A stretch of DNA of 64,000 bases from the human T2T-CHM13v2.0 reference genome, Homo sapiens, in the NCBI RefSeq assembly GCF_009914755.1, contig NC_060927.1; one strand, written 5' to 3'. A program made the translations under genes and the position numbers. How positions within the stretch are numbered: the stretch's first letter is position 1; each line of letters opens with the position of its first letter. Below, piece after piece: positions 23,831 to 36,984 of this stretch. A model generated the notes under the pieces. It did no database searches. It worked only from the letters and a program-made list of their open reading frames with translations, and was not told the origin of the DNA.

Positions 23831-24774
23831 GGCCCAGATAGTATATTTGTACAAGACACCATCATCAGAATTACAAAAAGAGAAATACGTTTCCTTTGAG
23901 ATTTTGCAGGACATATTAGGCAAGAAAGGATTACTTCCAATATTTAAAAAATTCTGCAAGAATCTTTAAATATAGCATTGAAATGGCTACCAAAACTTTA
24001 ATTATAAAACAAAATGCTGAGGGAGTAGTTGGTAACTTGTGTTAATCAGAAGCTTTGATTGACCTCTTAATTATGCCTTTAATGGGTCTAAGAAAACAAA
24101 GTTAGTATTGCTTAATATATCTTCCTGGACAAAATATTGCAATATGCGGAATCATTTGTGGGAATATAAGGAATAATTAAATGAGATGCTCAACGGAGAA
24201 CAAAGTCTGGGAACCACCAACGTATAGTGAGAATCCACTTTGGGGAGGGGGCTGAGAAACACTAGAGATTGGCATTTTTTTAGTGTTGTAAGGGAGGTAA
24301 ACTAGTGAAAGGCAAAAGGATGAGAGCTCCCCATAGTCTCTAGCAGTCTCCCAGTGTCCAAGAATTTTGATCACGCTAGTCTCAGAAAATAATGCCCTGA
24401 AGTCAAATAAATGAAGGGAGTACTCATGGTGTGTACATGGTTGTGAGTGTCATAATTAATAAGTTAACAGAAATTAATTTATTTATATGATTTCTGATAG
24501 ATTGATAGATGAAAAATCTGTATGGTCATCCAGATATATGCACTATCCAACCAAAAGCACCTGGATATTTGGAAACATCCGGTAAAGAATAGCATGTTTT
24601 ACTTTTCTTGATATGTGATACACACACACACATTTACACGTGTTTGTGTGTGCGTGTGTGTGTATACCTGTATTACCTTAGATCTAATTTCTGTGTAATA
24701 GCACATTCTTAGAAGGCTTCAATTTCCTAGTTCATTTCTTAGATCCCATCAGACACCTAAATAATAAGAGCAAT

Positions 24775-24960
24775 AGCAGTGATTCACGCCCTTTATTGTG
24801 CAGCAGTCTCACCTGGAGGATTTTTACACCACACATTCCTGAACTCCATTGCAGAAGTTTGGATTCAGTTAATCTGAGTTTAGAGTCAACTATTTGTATT
24901 TTAAACAAGTTCTCATATGATGCTGCTGGTTTGAGAACCACACTTGGAATGCCACTGCCC
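24775..24960. mobile_element. MER5A/B-like hAT-Charlie
   Basis: CAGTGATTC..TCACCTGGAGG..TTTGTATTTTAAACAAGTTCTC..GAGAACCACACTTGG..CCACTG. Confidence 0.8.
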
Positions 24961-25931
24961 TGGAGAGCACTTTACATTTATAATCAGCCAGGGGGAGATT
25001 TGAGATGCAGGCAGAAGACAAGTAAATAAAATCACAGGGTATCCATCAGCTGTTTTTGTTAGCCTTGCTTCTAAGACTAGGGGAGTTTGTTCTGTACAGA
25101 AGTGATTCACCATCTATTTCAAATTCTCCATTCAAACGTAATAGGAGTATATTTCACCAATCACATTTGCCCTAAAATTGCTATATTTTAAAAATGGAGA
25201 TGAATTGAAGCAAATTTTATTTTGAAAATTTCATGGAACATTACAGAGGTGTTACAATTCAAAGTCTGGAAATCACTGTGACAGTGACTCAGCTTCCTGT
25301 TAAAGAAAATAACATGCAAAACATTTGTCGCACATCTCCAAATTTGGATGATTTCTTTTTAATCCCAAAGCAAGTGTTCTTATTTAGAAGCAGTTGAATT
25401 ACTTTTGTTCTGAGACATTGGACAGACAGCCAGGCAACACAGTTTTGGTTTATTCCTTAACTTGACATATCAGATGTCAAGTTAAGATGTATGAAGATAG
25501 AACTACAATCACTTATGTGTCCAAGAGTAATATTGACCTTTTTTCCTCCAAAAAGCTCTATTCCAACATCAGTTGAGACAAAAGAGCAAATAAAGGAGAC
25601 TAGGAAAATACAATGGCTTTGAAACTAAAAGTTTATATCACTTTATCTTTTTCTGTAGATTACAGATTATATTTGCTTTGTTTCATTTTATTTCTCTGAA
25701 ATTAGTTCTGTCTCCACTATTGTTTAATTATGTAAGCATGAGCCAATCTGGGCTGCAGTTTTCATTTTTTTTATAATGTTGAAATTGAATTGGATTTATC
25801 TTTAAGTTCTATTGTGTTATTGGTATTTGATTTTATTTTCTTTCTTCCTTTAAAAATTTCTGATAGGTGATATGTGAAACAGGATAATGGAGTAGAACTC
25901 TCCAGGGATCGTTTCTGTAAAGAAATTATTC

Positions 25932-25952
25932 ACACACACACACACACACACA
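25932..25952 (+). repeat. (CA)n microsatellite
   Basis: Seen directly. Confidence 0.95.
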
Positions 25953-27512
25953 AAGTCTCATGCATATAAATACCTTCACAAGAATGAAGAAAACCAGGTA
26001 AGAGATTGAAATACCCTGTTGTAGCACAATTATCAGAAAAGATGCATTGAAGAGGGTGGAAATGGAAGTTTTACATTACCTACATCGTTATACTCCCAAT
26101 CTTAGGCAGCACAGTGTAGACAGAAATACTATCCACTTGGGAAAAAGAGGGAAGTGAGCATGAGACTTTTCCTTAGACCCCAACAACTGGGCCTGCCACA
26201 GTAAAACCAAGCACCAGGCATATGCCCATGGCCCCATACTCCAGGCTAGTACCTATAAACTGAGCCTCTAGACTGCCGCAGTTCCAGGAAGAATCATACA
26301 GTTCCAGGCCTCAGGCTTGTTTGTTGGACTTGATCTCCTGCCTGCCCACTGCCAGGCTGATGTCAGTGACTCCAGGACCCAGACAGCCCTCAGTGACCTT
26401 GAGCTTCTGAAATGTTTCAGTGCCATGCCAGATATATCTGCCTTGGGCTTCTGGCCTACCCTAGGACTGTGCCTGTTATAGTAGAACCCAGGCTTCTGGC
26501 AGTACTGTGATGACTAAAGCTGTTCCTGGCTTTTGGTGTACCCTAGTGCCACAGCTGCTACAGGGCTTTTTGTAGGGCTTTTCAGTTTGCAAAGACTAAA
26601 ATAAATACTTCTTCAAATTCACAGACATTGATGTACAAGCACAAAAATCAGGAACAATCAGTAAACATTATGTTACCAAACAAACAAAATAAGGTGCCAT
26701 TTACTGACCCTAAAGAAGTGAAAATATATGAACAGCTTGACAAATAATTCAAAATAACTGTTTTAAGGAAGCTCAGTGACCTTCAAGAAAATACGGAGAG
26801 ACAATTCAATAATATGAGTAAAACAGTAAGAGACCAGAACAAGAAATATGAGAAATTTAATAGAGAGATTGTATATCAAACAGAAATCCTGGATCTGAAA
26901 AATGCAATAAACAAAATGAAAAATGCAATAGAGAGCATCAACAGCAGACCAGATTAAGCAGCGAGAGATCTTTAAACTTGAAGACAGGTTACTTGAAAAT
27001 ATACAGTCAGAAGAGAAAAAAGTGAAGAGTGAAAAGGAAGAAAGAAATTTATAGGATTTATAGGACAGCCTCAAAACAGCAAATATTTGAGTAATAGGAG
27101 TTAAAGAAGAAAAAGAGAAAGGGGTAGAAAACTTTTTTTAAAAAATTGTAACAGGAAACTTTCTAAACCTGGAGAAAGACGTAAATATCCAGGTACACGA
27201 AAGTCAAAGGTCTGTAATCTGATTCCATCTAAAAAAGACTGCCCGAAGATACATTATAATTAAATTGCCAAAAATCAAAGACAAAAAGAGGATTCTGAAA
27301 ACAGCAAGAGAAAAGAAGCAAGGAACATATATGCTGCTCATAAAAGACTCACTTCCCTTTTAAATAAAAAAATAGACTGAAAATGAAGGGATGGAAAAAA
27401 TATTCCACGCAAATGGAAACCAAAAGAAAGGAGGATTAGCAATACTTATATCAGATAAATAGACTTTAAAAAAGAACTGTAAAAAGAGACAAAGAAGGTC
27501 ATTATATATAAT

Positions 27513-28133
27513 TGATATAGGAGTTAAAAAGAAATTAGGCAAAGAGTAAGGGTAAGGAAGTCCTTGGTAAGGTTTCTCTTTTAACGGAAAGCAGCCCCAA
27601 AATCAGTTTTTTTCTAACAGCTGGTAAAATCAAGCTGCAGACATACAAAAGCAGGCTGGAAGCTTGAGCAGGTGATTTGCAGGCAGCTGTGCCAATGGGA
27701 AAAGGCTACCTGGAACCAGGCACGTTCAAAATGGCGGCTCCCTCTTCCTTTCTGTTTGCCAGCCATGTGTACAGTAAGGAGCAGGCAACATGGCTCCAGC
27801 CAAAGCAAAGACCACATGTGCATAATAAGATTAGGGTGGGGTGGCCAGCTTCCCTGCATGCTATGTAAACATCACACCTGGTCCAACCAATCGATGTCTG
27901 TAAATCAGACATCACCTTCTCAAGCCTGCCTATAAAAGCCGATGCACTCCTACTCCTGGCCCGAATTCCCATTTGGGAGCCCCTCTCTCTCACAAGAGAG
28001 AGCTGTTCTCCTTTCTCTTTCTTTGATATGAAATCTCTGCTCCTAAACACACTCTTTGTGTATGTCCATGTCCTTAATCTTCGCGTGAGACGATGAATCG
28101 CGGGTATTTACCCAGGACAAAGAGGCTGCTTCA
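27513..28133 (+). mobile_element. Solo ERV1 LTR (LTR9/MER61 class) inside L1MA7
   Basis: TG...CA ends, 4-bp TSD TAAT (27509-12 and 28134-37), TATAAAA box near 27931; L1 sequence resumes seamlessly. Confidence 0.88.
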
Positions 28134-28778
28134 TAATGATAAAAGGTCAATTGATTAAGGTGATATAACAATTGTAATTATATATACACTCAACATTGGA
28201 GCACCTAAATACATAAAGGAAATAATAGATCTGAGAAGAAAGAGGCTGCAATACATTAAAGAGACTTGAACATCTCATTTTTAAAAGAGGAGATTTGAAC
28301 ATCTAATTTTTATCAAAACTGACAAAAAGTTAATAAGAAAACATGGGACTTATACTACACTGAAGATCAAATGGACATAATAAGTATATATAGAACATTA
28401 TATCCAGTAGCTGGATTCTTCTCAGCAGCACATGGAAGATTCTCCACAATAGATCATGTCATAAGCCACAAAACAAGTCTTAACAAGTTTAAGAAGATCG
28501 GAATCATAGCAAGTTTCTTTTCTAAACACAGTGTTATGAAAGTAGAAATCAATAACAGGAAGTGGTTTGGAAAAGTCACAGATATATGGAAATTAAACAA
28601 TATGTTCCTGAACAATTAATGGATCAATAAATAAATTAAAAGAAATAATTTTTAAAAAAATTCTAAAGTGAAACACAGCATACTAAAACCTAGGGGATAA
28701 AGCAAAAGCAATTCTAAAAAGGGAAGTTTATAGCAATAAATACTTTATAGAGAAGAAAGATCTCAAATTACAACATTG

Positions 28779-29750
28779 TGTTAGTGGTGGCAAATTCTTA
28801 TGGTCTGCAGCAACCTCAATTCTTGACTCCTCAGAAGAAAGAATTTGACTGAGGGGCACAGGCAGAAGGAGGGACAGAAGCAAGTTTTAGAGAAGGAGTG
28901 AAAGTATATTAAAAAGCTTTAGAACAGGAAGAGAAGGAAGGTAAGTACACTTGGGAGAGGGCCAAGCAGGCTACTTGAAGGACAAGTGCATGATTTGACC
29001 TTTTGACTAGGGTTTTATACATTGGCATACTTCCCAGGTCTTTGCTCCCTTGTCCCATGATTCTCCCCTTGGGATGGGTTGCCCACATGGGCAGTTGCCT
29101 GCTAGTGCTCAGAAGGTGAGTATGTGCAGTATATTTACTGGAGTTGTATGCATGCTCACTAGAGGTGTTCTTCCCTTTACTGGTGGAATGTCCCTGGAAG
29201 GTCATATACCACTTAAATTCTGCCATTTTGCCTCTTAATGTGCATGCTTAAGTCAACTGGCCCAACTCCTGAGATCTTATCAGGAAGCTACTAATTACCA
29301 GTTTCAGGTTTCTCTATCTACTGGGAAACCGCCTTTCCCTGGTGCCAGCTGCAACCAATTATTATTTTAGCAAGAAATACGAAAGATTGTATTTCTGTGA
29401 TATCATTTATAATGTCTCCTTTTTCATTTGTGATTTTATTTATTTGCACCTTCTCTCTTTTTGTCTTAGACTAGCTAACGATTTATTGGAATTGTTTATC
29501 TTTCCAAAATAATTACTCTTAGTTTTGTTTATCTTTTTGTTATCATAGTCTCTATTTCATTAATTTCTGCCCTGATCTTTATTATTTTCTTCTTTCTACT
29601 CATTTTAGGCTTAGTTTGTTCTTGTTTTCCCAGTTTCTTGCAGTGCAATTATTACAGTAGACAGCTAGTCAGGCAAAAGGAGGGCAGGAGAGGGTTTCCC
29701 CATCACCTGCCAGGGCAGGAGAGGGTTCCCTCATCAGGTGATGGTCAGGC
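28779..29750 (-). mobile_element. MER50-like solo LTR, split: 28779-29371 on minus, its 5' ~100 bp flipped to plus at 29650-29750
   Basis: TGTTAGTGGTGGCAAAT..GTCTGCAGCAACCTCAATTCTTG and TATTACAGTAG..AGGGCAGGAGAGGG..CATCAGGTGATGGTCAGGC. TSD ATTG at 28775-78, seen inverted as CAAT at 29646-49. Confidence 0.88.
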
Positions 29751-32700
29751 CATGGTAGGTTAGCTAGTCTAAGACAAAAAGAGAGAAGATGCAAATATAT
29801 AAAATCACAAATGAAAAAGGAAACATTATAACTGATATCACAGAAATACAAAAGATTGTAAAAAGCTATTATTAACAATTATATGCCAACAAAGGGGATA
29901 ATGTGTGAACAATAGGTAATTTTGATGCAAACAACCTACCAAGACTGAATTACAAAGAAATAGAAAAGCTTAACAGACCAGTAAAAAGGAGGAAGATTTA
30001 GCCAGTAATAAAAAGTCTCCTATCAAAGAAAGTCCCAGGACCTGATGGCTTCATTACTGAATTCTAGCAAACATTTAAAGATGAACTAATGCCATTTTTC
30101 AAGCTTTTATTAAAAATTAAAAAGGAGAAAATATTTCCAAACTCATTTTATGAGGCCAGCATCACCCTGATATCAAAGCCAGACAAGGACACTACAAAAA
30201 TAAAAATAAAAATAAAAATAAATAAATAAAAAGAAAGAAAAGAAATCTACAAGTCAATATCTCTGATAAACATATATGCAAAAATCATCAATAAAATACT
30301 AGCAAACGAAATTTGACAACACATTAAAAAGATCATTCACTGTGATCAAGTGGGATTCATATCAAGGATTCAAGGATGGTTCAACATATGGAAATCAATA
30401 GATGTGATACATCACATAAACATAATGAAGAACTAAAACTATATAATTATTTCAAGATACAAAAAAAGCATTTGACAATATTCAGCACACTTTCAAACTT
30501 TGATGATAAAAATTTTCAACAAATTAGGCATTGAAGAAATCTACCTCAGTGCAACAAAGGTCATATATGACAAACCCACAGCTAACATCACACTCAATAG
30601 GAAAAGTTGAAAGCTTTTTCTCTAAGATCCAGAACAAGACAAGGATACCCACTCTTCCCACTTCTATTAGTACTGGAGATCCTAGCCAGTACAATTAGTC
30701 AAGAGAAAGAAATAGAAGTCATCCAAATTGGAAAGGAAGAACTTCACTTGCCCCTGTTTGTAAATGACATGTTCTAAATATGTAGAAAAATATCAGACTC
30801 CACTAAAAAGCTGCTGGAATCAATTTTAAAAACCATTAAAGTTGCAATACACAAAATCAACGTAAAAAATCAGTAGCATATTAAAATACTAACAGCAAGC
30901 TTTGTAAAAAATTATGAGTACAATCTCATTTACAATAGCTATGAAAAATACTTAGAAATAAATGTAACTGAGGAGATGAAAGATCTCCACGCTAAATACT
31001 ATAAAACATTGATTAAATAAAATAAAAAAGCACAAATAAATGGATATTCCCTGTTCATAAATTGGAAGAATTAATATTGTTAAAATGTCTATCATATACA
31101 AAAAAATTTATGTATTCAATGCAATACTTATCAAAATACCAATGATATTTTTCACAGAAATAGAAAAAGCAATCCTAAAATTTGTCGGGAACCATAATGA
31201 AAAACCAAATAGCTAAAGTAATGTTGAGCAAAAAGAACAAAGGTGGAGGCGGCACACTACTTGGCTTCAAAATACGCTACAAAGCTATAGTAATACAAAC
31301 AGTATGGTATTGACATAAAAACAAACACACAAACTAATGGATCAGGATATAGAGACCAAAAATAAATACAAACGTTTACAGCTAACTGATTTTCAACAAA
31401 GGTGGTAAGAATGCAGAATGGGAAAAAGACAGTCTCTTCAAAAAATTATGGTGGGAAAACCGGATATTCACATACAGAAGAATAAAATTGGACCTTTATC
31501 TCAAACCATATATAAAAATAAACTTAAAATGACTAAAAACTTAAATATAAGACCTGAAAAAAAATATAAGACCTGAAACTATGAAACTAGTAGAAGAAAA
31601 CATAGTGGAAAGGCTCTATGATGTTGGTGTGGGCAATGATTATTTGGACAGGACATCAAAAGAACAGGCAACAAAAATAAAAAAAATAGACAAATGGGAT
31701 CATGTCAAACTAAAAACTTGTGCACAACGAAGAAAACATTAAATAGAGTGAAAACACAACTTACTCAATGGGAGGAAATATATGCAAACTGTATATCTAA
31801 TAAGGTGTTGATATCAAAAACACATGAGAAACGTGAACAACTCAATGGAAAGAAAACAAATAACCTGATTAAATAATGGGCCAAAAACCTGAATGAACAT
31901 TTCTTAAAAGAAGACATACAAATAGCCAATATGTGTGTGATAAAAATGCTCAACATCACTTATCATCAGGGAACTGCAATGAGATGTTACCTCATACCTG
32001 TTAGAATGGCAATTATCAAAAACAAAAGATAACACATGCTATTGTGGATGTGGAGAAAGGGAAATTCTTATACATTGTTGGGAAAGTAAAGTAGTACATT
32101 CATTATGGAAAAACAGTATAGAGTTTCCTCAAAAATTAAAAACAGAACTACCATATAATCCAGCAATCCAACTACTGGGTATATATACAAAGAAAATGAA
32201 ATCAGTGTGTTGAAAAGGTATCTGCACTGCCATGTTTATTGAAGCATTATTCACAATAATAAAGACATAAAATCAAACTTATTGTCCATCAATGGATAAA
32301 TGGATGAAGAAAATGTGATATATTCAATGAAATACTATTCAGCCATAAAAAGAAAGAAATCCTGTCATTGGCAAGAACATAATTGAAGCTGGAGGACATT
32401 ATGTTAAATGAAATAAGCCATAGGCACAGAAAGACTAGCACCTCATGAGCTTGCTCACATGTAGAATCTAAAAATGTTTATCCCATAAAAGTAGAGAGTA
32501 GAATGGTGCTTACCAGTGGCTGCAGTGGTTGGTCGGTAGGTGGGGGATTTAGGGAGATGCTGATCAAAGGATACAGGATTTCAGCTAGAGGAAGAATAAA
32601 CTCAAGAGATCTATTGTACAACATGGTGACCATAATTAATAATATATTTTATTCTTGAAAAATGGTAAGACAGTGAATGCAAAGTGTTCTTACCATAAGA

Positions 32701-32934
32701 ATGATAACCATGTGAGGCAATACATGTGTTATTTAGTTAAATTTAGTCATTCCACAACATATATACTTCAAAACTTCATGTTGTTTCTGTTAAATATGTA
32801 CAATTTTAGTCTACAAAAAAAATAAAGACTATGCTATGTTAAAAAATGTTAAAAAAAAAAAAAAGATACTTGATTAAGGCTCTCTGTTATCCTTTTGTTG
32901 TGACCATATTCTTTTGGTCCTCTATGAGATGCAG

Positions 32935-33315
32935 ATAAGTGGTGTGTCAGCAAGTGTTTCACAATTGGCTGTTTGAAATAAAAAGGCGATAGAAACAAAG
33001 AAAAAAACGAACACTGATTTGTAGCATTCATTGATTTCCACGACATAAATATCCATGTGATCGACATGTGTGCAGCAGAACATCATTATATTGTATATTA
33101 TCTGCTCTCTTAGAAATAACATCGAAAGCATAAATAATAGAATAATAAGTTAGAAAACGATGAGTTTAACATATTTGTAACATTTTTGTTAATATATCTA
33201 CTTGTAGATTTACATAACGTAATTTTTTATAATGATTATATTTAAAAGCTGGCTTGCAAAATTCCTGCAAATTTAAGTGTTGGTTCTCATGAGCTTGTTT
33301 AAACCAAGTAGAAGC
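32935..33315. mobile_element. MER63-like hAT-Blackjack
   Basis: AGTGGTGTGTC..CTGATTTGTAGCATT..AAAATTCCTGCAAATTTAA..TCTCATGAGC. Confidence 0.75.
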
Positions 33316-33319
33316 CAAG

Positions 33320-33725
33320 GCAAGGTGAAATGTGCAAAGATTTTATTGCAAGAATGCCATCACTGACAATGGGGAGGAAGTCAAGTAGGGCTGAGAGTCA
33401 TCAGACTGTGATGCAAATCTGACCCTGAGTGAAAGAGAGAGTGATGAGGTTGCATAAAGTGTTTCAGACTGTCCTGCACCTAAGGATAGTTCACGAGGCA
33501 ATCAAGGAGTCATAGAATCAAAGTAAGCCATCAGAGAACTTCATGTTTCCAGGAGCAGGCCTAGCCTGGTATTCCTTCCATGATTAGTTATTCTCTGTGA
33601 GCAACCTGCAGGAAGAATGCATTTAGGGTAAATGCCAGAAAGGTTTCCAGAGGCATCTGGGGTCCTTGATCAATTCAGCTTCCTGAACTTGGAGATCTGC
33701 TAGGCATAATCATATGGCCACCAAA
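33320..33725. mobile_element. Old ERVL LTR (LTR40/LTR16-like)
   Basis: TCAGACTGTGATGCAAATCTGACCCTGAGTGAAAGAGAG motif. Confidence 0.5.
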
Positions 33726-33983
33726 CCTTCAATATTGCCGTGCCTCATGCCTTCGCTATTTGGTTCGTCTTATATCATCACCATAGAGTTTTTTAAATAA
33801 AATACTGATATGTGATCAAGTTATTCCTCTCCTCACATAACTGAGTGGCTCCCAGTTGCTTTCAGAATGATCCTCAAACTTTCCAACACAACAGAGACTT
33901 GGAATTTGGTCTAAGTTTTCCTTACTATTTTCAGCTACCTATACCTTCTATGCTCTAACTCCACCCTACTTCTCTTTGCCCAT

Positions 33984-34406
33984 TGTGTTAGGCCATTCTT
34001 GCATTCCTATAATAAAATAACTGAGGCTGGATAATTTATAAGGAAAGGGGGTTTAATTGGCTCACAGTTCTGCAGGCTGTACAGAAAGCATGGCATCAGC
34101 ATCTGTTTGGCTTTTGGCGAGGCCTCAGGGAGCTTTTACTCGTGATGGAAGGCAAAGCAGAAGCAGATACTTCACATGGAGAAAGCAGGAGCAGAGAGAG
34201 AGAGTATGTGTGTTGGGGGGTGAGGCATGCTGCAAACTTTAACAACCAGATTTTGCAAGAACTCACTCACTATTGCGAGGACAGTTCCAAGCCATAAGGG
34301 ATCTGGCCCCCTGACCCAATCACCTCCCACCTGGCCCTCCACTTCCAACATTGAAGATTACATTTCAACATGAAAGTTAGAAGGCATACATATCTGAACT
34401 ATGTCT
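33984..34406 (-). mobile_element. MSTB-like MaLR solo LTR
   Basis: TGTGTTAGGCCATTCTTGCATT..GGCTCACAGTTCTGCAGGCTGTACAG; degenerate 5-bp TSD CCCAT/TCCAT. Confidence 0.92.
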
Positions 34407-34994
34407 TCCATTATAATATACCTACCCTACCTATCCATATACCCATACATCCAAAGAATATTTTTTCAGTATCATGTATGTGTAAAAACCTTGCTAGTCA
34501 TTTTAAATGTTAAATGAGCAGCTTAGGGTCTCATGGGAGAAAGACACAAGGAAGTTGATGAACTTGAGAAAGGCAGAAACACTGTTAGCCAACATGATTA
34601 GGATAGGAACTTAGTCACTTTGTTAAATATTGGTTAAAGAGTGGATTTATTAAAATCATATATATGTATGTGTTATGTATCTATACTTTAGGAGAGATAT
34701 ATATCTGTACCTTACACGTTTTATTTCAGGTTAAAATAAACATATGTGAGTAAATTTATTTTATTTGTTACTTTTTGAGTGTGAGTCTAGTGATTTTACC
34801 TCATTTCTAAATGTCTCATTCTTATCTAATTTTATAGCATAATTTGGTAACTTGCTTTTTTCATTCTGAAGTGTTTATGTTAATTTATATTGTCATGAAA
34901 TTAACCACTTTCTTTTCACATTGATAATTATATTTTTTTTTCAGTTCATCCATTGAGCTAGTTACATGGAGGTTGGTTCAGGAGACGTATTAGA

Positions 34995-35250
34995 GGAAGA
35001 CATTGTAGAGTAGGTGGCTAAGAGCACAAACACTGCAAGGAGAGAGTCTGTGTTTGAAGTGTGACTCTCTCACTTGTGAACTTCATAGCCTTGGGAAAGT
35101 TATTTAACTCTTCTTTGCCACAGTTTCCTATTCTGTAAAATGAGGATGTAATAATAATTATACTCACAAATTTATGAGGATTAAATGAGTTAGTATATGT
35201 AAAATTGTTAGAAAAATAACTGGCACATAATAAACCTTATAAAAATATTA
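34995..35250 (+). mobile_element. MIR SINE, near full length
   Basis: GCCTTGGGAAAGTTATTTAAC..CAGTTTCCTATTCTGTAAAATGAGGAT..GAGGATTAAATGAG. Confidence 0.9.
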
Positions 35251-35252
35251 GG

Positions 35253-35288
35253 CATCATCATCATCATCACCATCATCATCACCATCAC
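35253..35288 (+). repeat. (CAT/CAC)n trinucleotide repeat at MIR tail
   Basis: Seen directly. Confidence 0.9.
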
Positions 35289-36984
35289 TACAAGACAGAA
35301 ATAACCACAAGTTGCTGTGAAAACACTGATGTCAAACTGATTTTACAATGACAGGCAGAGAAAGCTTCTGGTCTGGAAAAAGAGACATCAGACTTGAGAT
35401 TGGAAACATTGCAGCAAGAATGAGTGTTGATTGAATTTGTGGTGGTCACAGTGCCTATCACAGAGCATTGCACAGAGGAAAATGTGATTGAATGCCTATC
35501 AGTGGCTAACTGACTAATTGGAAACCTAGCAAAAACTACTGGATATGACAGGGCCAGAAGAAAATGTAAATGAATCCTAAACAGCAAGACAAAACAATTA
35601 CATATTATACAACTTTTTTAAAAGAATGAGAGACAAACACTGTCATTATTCTGTACTACCAAAGCATGGCATTTTACTTGGTTATTTTCAGTAAATTTTC
35701 TTTCATTTGCTAGTTGGATTGTTAGACATTAATTGGTGCCATACACCAATTAGAAGCCAAATTGCACAATGCCACCTCCTAAGAAAACTAATTTTTCACA
35801 TGGATAATTGCCATCAGGCTGGATTTGTTCTTTTTAACACAATTAGTTGGCCTGTATTAGGAATTCAAATAATATTTCATAATTTCTTTGCCTGTGCAAG
35901 CATGTAAAATTAACAAAAGGGAGGAGAGGCTTAACATTTGATTGAAAAAATATACTTTTAATGAAATATGACTGTATTTTTGCTATTTAATGATACCTGT
36001 GTGACAAAAAAATTTATTTTAGATCTCAAAGCAACCCCAATAATTAATAGCAAAACTTTGAATTTATTTCTCCTGCAGCCTTTTTTGTGGGCACACCAAA
36101 TGGAAAAAGTTTGTTCTCAAAATGTGGATAATTCAAGTATAAAAGATGATATCCTGTACTTCAAAATATAATCTCTCATACCATGTTAGATTAATTAATT
36201 TCTGTTTTAGAGTCAGTCTTCCATATCCTGATATCGTCTGTCTAGTTAAAGGGCCTTAGAATGGAATTACTTCCATGGGAAGAAAAAGTAGATGGAATTT
36301 CAGATAGCTGAGTCATGATTCCAACTCCTCATGTTAATTGAACGATATCAAGAACAGTTTGCAAAAACCATAATAGACCACTCTGACAACTTACTTTCAA
36401 CTTTTAACTTTATCGCAGACACAAAAATTGAATTATCTTTAGGCCATTGAAACCAGAGTCTAATTCATCTGATGTAGTCAGAATGTATATTAAGGAAGAC
36501 AATACTATGCCTTTTCCTTTTTGAAATTTTACATCTGATGATGATTTGGATACTAGCTAACAGCACATTCTCTAATCAAATGTCCTGAGTTTTCATCTCA
36601 GCTCTGTAACTTCTGTTAGCTGAATGGTCTTATAAAACACTGCAAGCAAAAGCTGGTATTGTAAATCATTATCATTATCACTCTTACTCTTTTACACCAG
36701 GTGCATAAATGCCTTAGAGAAAGCAAAATGAAAGTGCATCTACAATAGTTTTGAGTAATGTGGTAAAAAATTAACATGTACTCAGAGTATAGAATTTTAC
36801 ATGTAAAGTAAATAATGCATAATAGTAAGTAAAAGATAATATATAGTAGTAAATAAAAGATAATAGATGACAGTAAATAATAGAGTATGGTTTCTACATG
36901 TCTTGCAACAATTTGCAGGATATGTCATGCACTCCTGCCATATCACAATGGCAGAAACTGGCACCAGGAGGTTATGCATTATTG

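Larger units (their letters stand above)
25965..32826 (+). mobile_element. Old LINE-1 (L1MA7-like), near full length, degenerate, interrupted by two LTRs
   Basis: A-rich ORF1 remnant at 26.6-27.3 kb; EN remnant (ORF 28371-28619, FFSAAHGRFSTIDH..WKLNN); RT remnant at 30-31 kb; 3'UTR CAAGAGATCTATTGTACAACATGGTGAC..GTCATTCCACAA typical of L1MA7/8. Confidence 0.92.

Noticed and set aside
31543-31578. AAATATAAGACCTGAAA duplication in L1MA7
   Set aside because: Simple slippage between A-runs.
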